IMG/VR virus record: IMGVR_UViG_3300005259_000074
Coordinates: 198,471 to 262,470 of that record
Strand: one strand, 5' to 3'
Source: a virus
Taxonomy: Duplodnaviria > Caudoviricetes
Length of the DNA: 64,000 bases
This document shows positions 56,076-63,195 of the stretch, one piece after another. How positions within the stretch are numbered: position 1 is the stretch's first letter; the number at the start of each line of letters is the position of its first letter. The position numbers and the translations under genes were made by a program. The notes beneath the pieces were generated by a model. The model saw only the letters and a list, made by a program, of their open reading frames with translations, was not told where the DNA came from and ran no database searches.

Positions 56076-56157
56076 TGGTGCACCTAGCAAGATTCGAACT
56101 TGCGATTTCAGTTCCGCTACAGTTAACGGTTTAGAAGACCGCTCTGACTATAGGTGC
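56076..56157 (-). ncRNA. D-armless tRNA-like RNA, anticodon UCU (Arg-like)
   Basis: Acceptor GCACCTA/TAGGTGC, A+CCA, GCGGT-CTTCTAA-ACCGT, GCAAG-TTCGAAT-CTTGC, 8 nt in place of the D-arm. Confidence 0.75.
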
Positions 56158-56230
56158 TGGTACCCCTTCTGGCTGTGACACCAGGACCTTCTCCTTAGGA
56201 GGGAGACGCTCTTCACTGAGCTAAAGGGGC
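56158..56230 (-). tRNA. tRNA-Arg(CCT)
   Basis: TCTCC-CTCCTAA-GGAGA, D-arm GCTCAGTGAAGAGC, atypical T-loop, CCA. Confidence 0.8.
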
Positions 56231-56238
56231 ATGAAAGT

Positions 56239-56314
56239 TGGTCGGACATGTCAGGGTTGAACTGACGACTTCCGCGCCCCAAACGCGGCGCGCTTCCAAC
56301 TGCGCTAATGTCCG
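56239..56314 (-). tRNA. tRNA-Pro(TGG)
   Basis: CCGCG-TTTGGGG-CGCGG, CCA. Confidence 0.9.
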
Positions 56315-56391
56315 TGGTGCACCTAATAGGGGATGATCCTATATACTCCGGGTTCGTAGCCCGGCGCCTTGTCCAGTTAGGCCATAGGTGC
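56315..56391 (-). tRNA. tRNA-Arg(ACG)
   Basis: CCGGG-CTACGAA-CCCGG, T-loop ATCATCC, CCA. Confidence 0.82.
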
Positions 56392-56399
56392 ATAATACT

Positions 56400-56474
56400 T
56401 GGCTGCCCAGCCTTGATTCGAACAAGGATTGACTGATTCAGAATCAGCAGTGCTACCTATTACACTACTGGGCA
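56400..56474 (-). tRNA. tRNA-Gln(CTG)
   Basis: GCTGA-TTCTGAA-TCAGT, TTCGAAT, GCCA. Confidence 0.92.
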
Positions 56475-56478
56475 ATTT

Positions 56479-56551
56479 TGCTACCCCGTCTTGATTCGAA
56501 CAAGAATCAACTGATCCAAAATCAGCCGTGCTACCGTTACACTACGGGGTA
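56479..56551 (-). tRNA. tRNA-Gln(TTG)
   Basis: GCTGA-TTTTGGA-TCAGT, TTCGAAT. Confidence 0.9.
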
Positions 56552-56597
56552 TAATTTTGATCTTCTATTTCAAACAGCACTGGGATTGTGAGTCCCA

Positions 56598-56636
56598 TAA
56601 AACAAAAGAGGCAATCCCAAAATTTGGAACCGCCTC
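56598..56636 (-). terminator. Intrinsic terminator-like hairpin upstream of the tRNA cluster
   Basis: GAGGCGGTTCCAAA/TTTGGGATTGCCTC followed by TTTTGTTTT. Confidence 0.65.
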
Positions 56637-56662
56637 TGTCTCGTATCGAAATTTGATGGTCA

Positions 56663-56739
56663 GTGAACTAGACAGCGCAGCTCCTCCGAGGGTTTCTCCT
56701 CGGGCAGGGTGGATGCTGTTGTATTCGCTGGAAGTTCAC
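56663..56739 (-). ncRNA. Candidate structured small RNA (long interrupted hairpin)
   Basis: Nested pairs GTGAACT/AGTTCAC, CAGCG/CGCTG, CAGC/GCTG, CCGAGG/CCTCGG; flanked by promoter motifs and a terminator. Confidence 0.45.
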
Positions 56740-56874
56740 GAAATCATTTCCTCTTGTTCATTTCTATTTATCGCTCGACTCAGATATTATACACCACGTT
56801 CTCGAGAATTGTAATAGTAATTGCGAAATTTTTTACAAAGTAGCAACGTGCTAGTCCTACTTCGGAGTCGCGAC

Positions 56875-57135
56875 TTACTTCTTCAACTCTTCAGTGATGA
56901 TCTTGTTGTACTCCTGAGATGCCGCTTTCAGTAGATCTAGCTCTTCTTTGAAGAGCTCTTCTACCGCGTGACGAGTAGAGCTATCTGTACTTCGTTCGTT
57001 GAGTCGCTGTAAGAAACTCGACAGTGATTCTACGTTCCTGCGGTGGGATTCTACCAAGTTATTGTACAGATCTGCTTTGTGATACGTGTTTTCGTTGACC
57101 ATTTTATTCTCCTGACTGGCGCCAAGTCTTGGCAT
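56875..57135 (-). CDS. Small helical protein (likely start 57102)
   Basis: Coiled-coil-like 75-86 aa. Confidence 0.55.
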   Translation of the reverse strand: MPRLGASQENKMVNENTYHKADLYNNLVESHRRNVESLSSFLQRLNERSTDSSTRHAVEELFKEELDLLKAASQEYNKIITEELKK

Positions 57136-57216
57136 CGCTGCTACTTATCTGCGCTGTCTGTTGTGATGCGTGAACTTTGAACTAGCACGTTGCGCAGTTA
57201 TTATACCTCGCGGAGG

Positions 57217-57516
57217 TCAGATGTCTTCTAACTTCTTCATCAACGATGAATCTCTGATGGCTTCAGTGTTAGTGCACTTGTACACGTGAGGACCGACGTT
57301 CCTTGTCTCGCACAGCGCGAACTTACACCGCCGGCCATCCTGTGATCTCTCGCAGAAAGAACACTTACCGTAACGGTCTAACTTACCTTCGTCGACTAAT
57401 AAGATTATCGTTATGGAGTTCTGCGTCTTAAAGTCTACGCCCGATGCGGCGCAGTAGTATCCTGAAGTCCCCTCTTTCCACACATCGGTGTAATGTACAC
57501 ATAGGTTGTCGCTCAT
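57217..57516 (-). CDS. Small Cys-rich family member
   Basis: C..YYC..CSFC..CKF..CTNTEAI..KKLEDI. Confidence 0.75.
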   Translation of the reverse strand: MSDNLCVHYTDVWKEGTSGYYCAASGVDFKTQNSITIILLVDEGKLDRYGKCSFCERSQDGRRCKFALCETRNVGPHVYKCTNTEAIRDSSLMKKLEDI

Positions 57517-57782
57517 ATCTCTTCCATCTTCTCATCGAGTCGACAATCTTTTATCGCGGCTGGGTTCTTACACGGGTACGTGTGTTGGGATGAGATGGCA
57601 TCAGTTGGCTTGTAGTTCTCTCTGAAACAGCACTTTCCCCACTCGTCTTCGCTGAAGAAATAGCACTTCTTGTACAGCGAAGTGTTGGCTACTACGAACA
57701 TGACACCGTGGTCAACGCAGAAGTCCGCGTGCGAAGACATGCACATCGGAACATTTCCTATCATCTTGCACATGTTCGTCAT
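57513..57782 (-). CDS. Small Cys-rich family member
   Basis: ATGA overlap start at 57782; CYFF..CCF..CKNPAAI..EKMEEI. Confidence 0.75.
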   Translation of the reverse strand: MTNMCKMIGNVPMCMSSHADFCVDHGVMFVVANTSLYKKCYFFSEDEWGKCCFRENYKPTDAISSQHTYPCKNPAAIKDCRLDEKMEEI

Positions 57783-58465
57783 CGTCGGCATCGCCTGTGT
57801 TTCCACGTCGCTTCTAATATCTTAGCTGGGTCAGCACCGTAGAACCCGGAGCACGACCATGCGTTGAACTCTACGACTTTCATCTCTCCATCAGAAGTAC
57901 ACACGTCTAACACGCAGACATCATCCGGAGTCCATATGTTAGCCACGTGCTTTGCAAACTCTTTAGACAGCTCGTCTACTTCCGACTCGACGTCGAGGTA
58001 GCAGCTCCAGGCGACCAGTTCTTCGTCTTTAACCCAGAACCTGCGTTCTCTGAGAATTTCCCTAGGTGCTGATAAGAACATCATGTCGTCAGGCTGTAGC
58101 GAGGATCTTATCTGAGTCAGCATCCTCTCGTCCAGCACCTGCCCGCTCCAGAGTTTGGAACCAGAGTCGCTCCGGCAGAACTTTCCGACGTCGCTAGTGT
58201 CTAGCTGGCACACCTGCTTGAAGTAGCTGCCCTTGAAGTTGAGGCACAAGTCTCCAAGAGCTGGTAAGAACTCCGACACCTTTATGTCAGAGAACGCGAA
58301 GCGGTCTACGCCGTTCTTCTTCAACACTGCTGTTTCCTGTATACTGCAGAAGAAAAAGGAACTGTCTATAGTAGAAACATCATCGAAGAGGTTGTGGTAG
58401 CATACAGCTGACTCCGGAAGACTCCGAGTCCCCAACAAGCACGAGCTGACCGCTATCTTCTTCAC
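57779..58465 (-). CDS. ATP-grasp domain protein (DUF4343/R2K-like)
   Basis: KQV, RERRFWV, VLDVC..MKVVEFNAWSCSGFY. Confidence 0.8.
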   Translation of the reverse strand: MKKIAVSSCLLGTRSLPESAVCYHNLFDDVSTIDSSFFFCSIQETAVLKKNGVDRFAFSDIKVSEFLPALGDLCLNFKGSYFKQVCQLDTSDVGKFCRSDSGSKLWSGQVLDERMLTQIRSSLQPDDMMFLSAPREILRERRFWVKDEELVAWSCYLDVESEVDELSKEFAKHVANIWTPDDVCVLDVCTSDGEMKVVEFNAWSCSGFYGADPAKILEATWKHRRCRR

Positions 58466-58500
58466 TATTCCTCCGATGCGTCTATAATATCATATGACAT

Positions 58501-58731
58501 TCACAGTTCTTTTAGGACTTCTTCGACCCATCTTTCTGCTATGGCTTCGTCACAAGTGCATGTCCCATCGCTTCCCAACTGCGTCATATAAAACTCGCAC
58601 ATCCTAGGTTCAATGTCTGATGGAGAGAAGAACCCACATATCCAGTCGAAAGGCTCTACGCACACATAATTGTACGTTGGCGAGTTGTGGTCATCGAAGA
58701 AAGGACCTTTTATTTGGCAAGCGTTGATCAC
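58501..58731 (-). CDS. Small Cys-rich family member
   Basis: C..YVC..CGFF..CEFY..CTCDEAI..VLKEL. Confidence 0.75.
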   Translation of the reverse strand: MINACQIKGPFFDDHNSPTYNYVCVEPFDWICGFFSPSDIEPRMCEFYMTQLGSDGTCTCDEAIAERWVEEVLKEL

Positions 58732-58979
58732 AGTATCTCCAGTCTGACATCGACCATCTTATCTTTGTTCGCCTCTTCGCAAACACACCGCCTTCCAACG
58801 GCGCGAAAATGTATGCAGACTTTTACGAAAGATGAAACTCTTCCTGGATCGAAGAATTCGCATGTTGGCATGTCGCTGAAAGAAGACCCGCAGAGGAACA
58901 GGTGAGCACTATGATTGAACACATGATGAACATGCTGAGAGTCATATGCGAGTTCACACATGTTCTTCTTTGAGTTCAT
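58728..58979 (-). CDS. Small Cys-rich family member
   Basis: MNSKKNMC..FLC..CEFF..CIHF..CVCEEA..RLEIL. Confidence 0.75.
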   Translation of the reverse strand: MNSKKNMCELAYDSQHVHHVFNHSAHLFLCGSSFSDMPTCEFFDPGRVSSFVKVCIHFRAVGRRCVCEEANKDKMVDVRLEIL

Positions 58980-59242
58980 ATCTCTTCCATCTTCCTCTCC
59001 GAGATAGCGTCGGGACATGTGCAGATGTCGTCACATATACCGGTCCTAATGTACTCGAAGTATCGGCAGACATTCGGATAATCCTTTCTCGAAGAGAAGA
59101 ACTTGCACATGTTGCTGTCTTGTGGGTAATTGGTGCAGAAGTACAGACCACCTGGATGCCGCCAGTTGAACGGTAGTGCAAACTCTGAACAGCAGTTCAT
59201 CCCTTTCTTGTACCAATTCGGTTTGACTGATCTTATCGCCAC
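58976..59242 (-). CDS. Small Cys-rich family member
   Basis: CC..YFC..CKFF..CRYF..CTCPDAI..RKMEEI. Confidence 0.75.
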   Translation of the reverse strand: MAIRSVKPNWYKKGMNCCSEFALPFNWRHPGGLYFCTNYPQDSNMCKFFSSRKDYPNVCRYFEYIRTGICDDICTCPDAISERKMEEI

Positions 59243-59243
59243 G

Positions 59244-59321
59244 TCATTCCTCTATCTTCTCGTCAGCGGTTTGGTCTTTACCAACAGAATGTCCGATAGA
59301 TGTCTTAGAAGTGAACTTCAT
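59244..59321 (-). CDS. 25-aa mini-ORF ending DEKIEE
   Basis: ATGA overlap with upstream stop; MKFTSKTSIGHSVGKDQTADEKIEE. Confidence 0.4.
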   Translation of the reverse strand: MKFTSKTSIGHSVGKDQTADEKIEE

Positions 59322-59533
59322 ATCTCTTCTATCTTCGCCAACAAGTAGTTGTCTCGGGCCAGAGCTTTCGCCTGCGGATGAGCGCAGACACACAGTGGAT
59401 GAGTGTCTGGGTACGTCTTCCACTTGCATCCATGACCTCGCGTGCGCCTGTCGACACCCATGTACTTACAGCACTCGGGATCGTACATAGCGCTCAAAAT
59501 ATGGTGACACACAGGGATGTCTTGTCCATCCAT
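59318..59533 (-). CDS. Small Cys-rich family member (5' end possibly disrupted; frame open to 59593)
   Basis: C..CCKY..CKW..CVCAHPQA..AKIEEI. Confidence 0.65.
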   Translation of the reverse strand: MDGQDIPVCHHILSAMYDPECCKYMGVDRRTRGHGCKWKTYPDTHPLCVCAHPQAKALARDNYLLAKIEEI

Positions 59534-59602
59534 GAACGTCGCTTTGAACTTGTCTTCTGTGATAAGAGGCTCCCTTTCGACGTTAAATGTACTTCATATC
59601 AT

Positions 59603-59851
59603 CTACATTTCTTCCATTTTTAGCTCTGCAATTGCGTCTTTATGTGTGCAATAGACCATATCCGCGAAATCAATGAATTTGCACACTAATGAGTCAATCT
59701 TACTATGAATGACATCTTTCTCGCACCAGGTGCACGAATTTTTCATAGGATCATATGTGCAGTAGAAGTGTTCATCATTTCCCATACCAAAAGCTCCGGG
59801 GACTCGTGAACAGCAGTTCTTAGAGATTATAACTACTTTAGGTGCTATCAT
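59603..59851 (-). CDS. Small Cys-rich family member
   Basis: CC..FYC..CTWC..CKF..YCTHKDAI..LKMEEM. Confidence 0.75.
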   Translation of the reverse strand: MIAPKVVIISKNCCSRVPGAFGMGNDEHFYCTYDPMKNSCTWCEKDVIHSKIDSLVCKFIDFADMVYCTHKDAIAELKMEEM

Positions 59852-59908
59852 ATGGTTTCTTTCATTTTACATTCGTGAAGGGGGTCTTCATGGTTCCTTC
59901 GATAGAAT

Positions 59909-60026
59909 ACTATAATCCATTTCGCGAGAATGTAAAGGGAATTCCTAAAATTTCCATATACCATAAAATCGCGCATACGCGCGTCCGCGCGCGATAATAT
60001 AACACCACTTCTTCATATGTAAAGGA
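59909..60026 (-). promoter_or_regulatory. Tandem leftward sigma70-type early promoters
   Basis: CCCTTTACA-N16-TATAGT (59909-59939) and CCTTTACA-N16-TATATT (59996-60025). Confidence 0.75.
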
Positions 60027-60155
60027 AACTCGCGAAAGAAAGCCTCATTTTCTTCTACAGCTTCGAAGATACCGCGAAGTGTCACATTTTTGGTGATGAA
60101 AATATAGCTGGTTATCAACTAGTTACGCCTATTTGTGAAGAAAGTAAGAAACTTT

Positions 60156-60186
60156 CCCTTTACATCTTTTGAATCTGTTATATATT
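60156..60186 (+). promoter_or_regulatory. Rightward sigma70-type early promoter
   Basis: CCCTTTACA-N16-TATATT, followed by AAGGAG RBS before 60244. Confidence 0.78.
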
Positions 60187-60243
60187 AGACTACATGAAAG
60201 GAACCAATGGTTGGTATCCTAAATCTCAAAAGGAGAAAGAGAA

Positions 60244-60753
60244 ATGAACGCATTCATCGTCCCAGGCGTCCCGAAGCTCGAGAAGAGGACCTTCAGGTCC
60301 GACGTCGCCGCAGTCAAGGCCGCCAAGAAGTTCAACGTGTCCGAGATCCAGTTCGTCGAGCTCGTCCCCTCGGTCAAGGAGGTCATCAACGTCAGCACCT
60401 TCAAGAGCAAGAAGGACCTCTGGATGGAGAAGGTCGCCGCCAACAAGCTGAAGCGCGAAGAGAACCGCGTCAAGAAGGCCAACGAGCGCGCCCAGAAGAA
60501 GCAGGCTCGCGAAGAGAACCGCGTCAAGAAGGCCAACGAGCGCGAACTTCAGCGTAAGCAGAAGGCTGCGGCCAAGCAGATCATCAATGACACCTCTAAG
60601 GCCTCCAAGAAGTCTTCCTCGAAGCCCTCCCCCGCCGCCCCCACCCCGAAGTCCGAAGTTAAGCTCACCCCAACTCCCAAGCTTTCCTTCGGCGCCCGGA
60701 TGGCCGCGATCAAGGCTGCGAAGGCCGTCGCCTCCAAGGAGTTCAACGGCTAA
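60244..60753 (+). CDS. Lys/Ala/Arg-rich basic protein (histone H1-like character) with internal repeat
   Basis: REENRVKKANER x2; PAAPTPK; KAAK; strongly C/G-ending codons. Confidence 0.8.
   Translation: MNAFIVPGVPKLEKRTFRSDVAAVKAAKKFNVSEIQFVELVPSVKEVINVSTFKSKKDLWMEKVAANKLKREENRVKKANERAQKKQAREENRVKKANERELQRKQKAAAKQIINDTSKASKKSSSKPSPAAPTPKSEVKLTPTPKLSFGARMAAIKAAKAVASKEFNG
60454..60544 (+). repeat. 37-nt exact direct repeat, period 54 nt
   Basis: CGCGAAGAGAACCGCGTCAAGAAGGCCAACGAGCGCG at 60454 and 60508. Confidence 0.9.
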
Positions 60754-60770
60754 CGTCGGGTTTTCCAAGA

Positions 60771-60815
60771 GCAGACCGACACAGGACGTGAAGGTCTGCT
60801 TCCTGTTTTTCTTTG
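60771..60815 (+). terminator. Terminator-like hairpin after the basic-protein gene
   Basis: GCAGACC...GGTCTGC followed by TTCCTGTTTTTCTTT. Confidence 0.55.
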
Positions 60816-60867
60816 AACGGCCGGAGGTGGGAGTCAACCGACCGTTCAAAGAACGACAGGAGAAGAA

Positions 60868-61356
60868 ATGGCCGAATTCGTTACGAGCGCCGGCATTGCA
60901 ATGTACCGCTTTGTATGCGGTGAACTGGAAGTATACACAGTTAAGCCCGGAGGCCCGTGGCACAAGAAGTCGCCGAGGTCCCTCCCGAAGGGGAAGATAA
61001 ATGACGATGAAGAACCCGTCGCAGCTGCCGTCAGGGAGTTCCAAGAGGAGACTGGGATAACTGTTCCCGAGGACAGTCAGTTAGTCGACTTAGGTTCAGC
61101 TGACGCCAAGGGCAAACACCACAAGGGTGGGAAGAAAGTACTGCGCATATGGGCGTGGAGGAACGACCAGTTTGACGACAGCGTCCCCTCCGTGTCGAAC
61201 GAGTACGAGATAGAGTGGCCTCCTCACTCCGGGAAGATGAAGAAGTTCCCAGAAGTCGAAGACGGAAAGTTCTTGCCAATAGACGAAGCAATAAGATCTG
61301 TCAACCCCGCGACTGCGTCGTTGTTAGAGCGTCTAAAAGAACTGGAAGGTGTGTGA
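60868..61356 (+). CDS. NUDIX hydrolase
   Basis: PKGKINDDEEPVAAAVREFQEETG Nudix box; FPEVED. Confidence 0.92.
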   Translation: MAEFVTSAGIAMYRFVCGELEVYTVKPGGPWHKKSPRSLPKGKINDDEEPVAAAVREFQEETGITVPEDSQLVDLGSADAKGKHHKGGKKVLRIWAWRNDQFDDSVPSVSNEYEIEWPPHSGKMKKFPEVEDGKFLPIDEAIRSVNPATASLLERLKELEGV

Positions 61357-61722
61357 ATGGCAGAAGAACTCAAATTCTTGGTGGTGTGGTTCGATCCAAA
61401 GCTGACCAATCTCATGCAGACCTTCGGCCTGTTTGAGAAGTTCAAAGTCATCGGAAGACAAGAAGTCCTCATAGTCTCCGGAGAAGGCATGTCGGTCGAA
61501 ATAGTGTTCAGCGGGCTGCGCGAGAACTGGGACAAGATCGGATTGGGTCTAGTGGTCCTCGTGTCGCTCGACGAACCGCGGTTCAACTTCGTCTCAGACG
61601 AGATCAAAGTGATCAGCAATGGCGAGCAGTGGGCTACCGTCGATTCTATTCTAGAAGAGAACGGCGTCAGAGACATCATCTACAATGAGAAAGATTCGAT
61701 CAAAGTCATAGACGGAATATGA
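61357..61722 (+). CDS. Hypothetical protein
   Basis: 121 aa ORF in operon. Confidence 0.65.
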   Translation: MAEELKFLVVWFDPKLTNLMQTFGLFEKFKVIGRQEVLIVSGEGMSVEIVFSGLRENWDKIGLGLVVLVSLDEPRFNFVSDEIKVISNGEQWATVDSILEENGVRDIIYNEKDSIKVIDGI

Positions 61723-61735
61723 AGGAAATCTACAA

Positions 61736-62728
61736 ATGATTGACGAGAAGAGCATCAGAGAAAGATTAGAAATCGCGGCAACTAAGTCTTTTGGTAGGCC
61801 AATGTGTAAGAAAGACGTCGAGCTAGCCGAACGCGTCGCTAAGTTGTACGCTGATCTTCCTCCGGCTTATGGTAAGTTATCAGTCGTCAAGATTCTCCAC
61901 GGTTCCGCGAAGACTATGAAGAACCGACCCGAATATGGCTGGAGCAAATCCAACGGATACAAGCTCAAAGAACTCGACGAATGGAACGGCATCGTAGATA
62001 CCGTCCGGAATTTGCTACGCGAGAACATAGACGAGAAAGAAGTCGCTTACGTCAACGCTTTCGATGAAATGGCTGGGGAAGAATTGATTGAGAACGCAAT
62101 TCGTCGGAAGTTCAACATGTCGGAGAAGGGTCAAGCTTTTGCGAGCAATGCTGAAGAAAAGAAGGGTTTCTCGACAGCATACTCAGTATTGACGGATGTC
62201 TTCTCAAAGATTGCAGCTTCGACTCCTGAGGAAATGATTGCCAAGCCGAAGAAGATCCGGCCAGCTGTCGCGCTGTCTCGCATACTGACACTTGACTATG
62301 TTAAAGACACTCTTAGAGAACTCAGAGAAGCACAAGAAAAGGGACTACTTCGTGTGTCTATATGGGGTGGTCCTATCCACGGTATGAATGTTGTTCCAGA
62401 ACTCATTGATTTCAATGGAAAGGTGAAAGAGTTCATCCACAATCTTAGTCAAAATTCTAAGAAAGTCGATAAACACGACACCGAGTACTATTTCATGATG
62501 GGGATTGCTGTAGAGAAAGAACCTCGCCATTTTTACCAACTGGTGCACGTCTTGACAATCAGAGATGACATCACTCCAGTTTCAGTCAGGCGAGAATACT
62601 GGTTACAGATGGGATACAGCAACATCATTGATCACCCATATGACATTCCTTTCAGCGAGAATGACCTCGAAAAACCTGAGAATCCAACTGTTAACAAGAA
62701 TCCCTTTAAAGAAAAATGGTTAAGATAA
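61736..62728 (+). CDS. Hypothetical protein
   Basis: 330 aa ORF with GAAGGA RBS. Confidence 0.75.
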   Translation: MIDEKSIRERLEIAATKSFGRPMCKKDVELAERVAKLYADLPPAYGKLSVVKILHGSAKTMKNRPEYGWSKSNGYKLKELDEWNGIVDTVRNLLRENIDEKEVAYVNAFDEMAGEELIENAIRRKFNMSEKGQAFASNAEEKKGFSTAYSVLTDVFSKIAASTPEEMIAKPKKIRPAVALSRILTLDYVKDTLRELREAQEKGLLRVSIWGGPIHGMNVVPELIDFNGKVKEFIHNLSQNSKKVDKHDTEYYFMMGIAVEKEPRHFYQLVHVLTIRDDITPVSVRREYWLQMGYSNIIDHPYDIPFSENDLEKPENPTVNKNPFKEKWLR

Positions 62729-62747
62729 CCAACATTCGGAGACGAAT

Positions 62748-62989
62748 ATGAATGAAGAGAGACTCAAGAGAGCTGTAAAGAGGTCCTCGCTAAGACGGCG
62801 AAGCTAGCTTTTCCGTCGACTCCCCCTTACTCATTCGAGGAATGTATGCATAAGAAGAACAACTGGAAGAGGATTAGTAAGAGGAACTCCGGCTCGCACT
62901 CGATCCGCGAGTTCGAGGTCTACGGAAATCACGCGCTGATCGAAGACGATGGGACGAAGGTCGTCAGCGTGAAGTTCTATGTGAAGTGA
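62748..62989 (+). pseudogene. Frameshifted small gene (or programmed -1 shift at GTA AAG)
   Basis: Frame 0 MNEERLKRAVK stops at 62807; the -1 frame continues EVLAKTAKLAF... to TGA 62989. Confidence 0.5.
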
Positions 62990-63195
62990 TGGCTCCGACA
63001 AAATACATATTGATGGTCGACCACGAAGTAGAAGGTTGGTCTGTGTAAGATTACGTGGAGCAGGACTACAATGAAGCGATCGCGGATTACTTGTCGTGGA
63101 AAGATGAATACCACTTGGAGACTAGGTTGTTAGTAGTCAGCAAAGAATTAGACGAGTCCGAAATCAGGATCGCAGTGAAGATCGGAGAACTGTGA
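62989..63195 (+). pseudogene. Small gene with in-frame TAA at 63046
   Basis: MAPTKYILMVDHEVEGWSV*DYVEQDYNEAI...RIAVKIGEL; both ends overlap neighbouring genes. Confidence 0.55.

Noticed and set aside
56663-56739. SRP (4.5S) RNA or tmRNA call for the hairpin
   Set aside because: Lacks the SRP CAGG/AGCA internal loops with GGAA cap, and has no tRNA-like ends or tag ORF
59594-59596. Selenocysteine UGA in a Cys-rich protein
   Set aside because: No tRNA-Sec or recognisable SECIS hairpin; a frameshift or nonsense mutation is simpler
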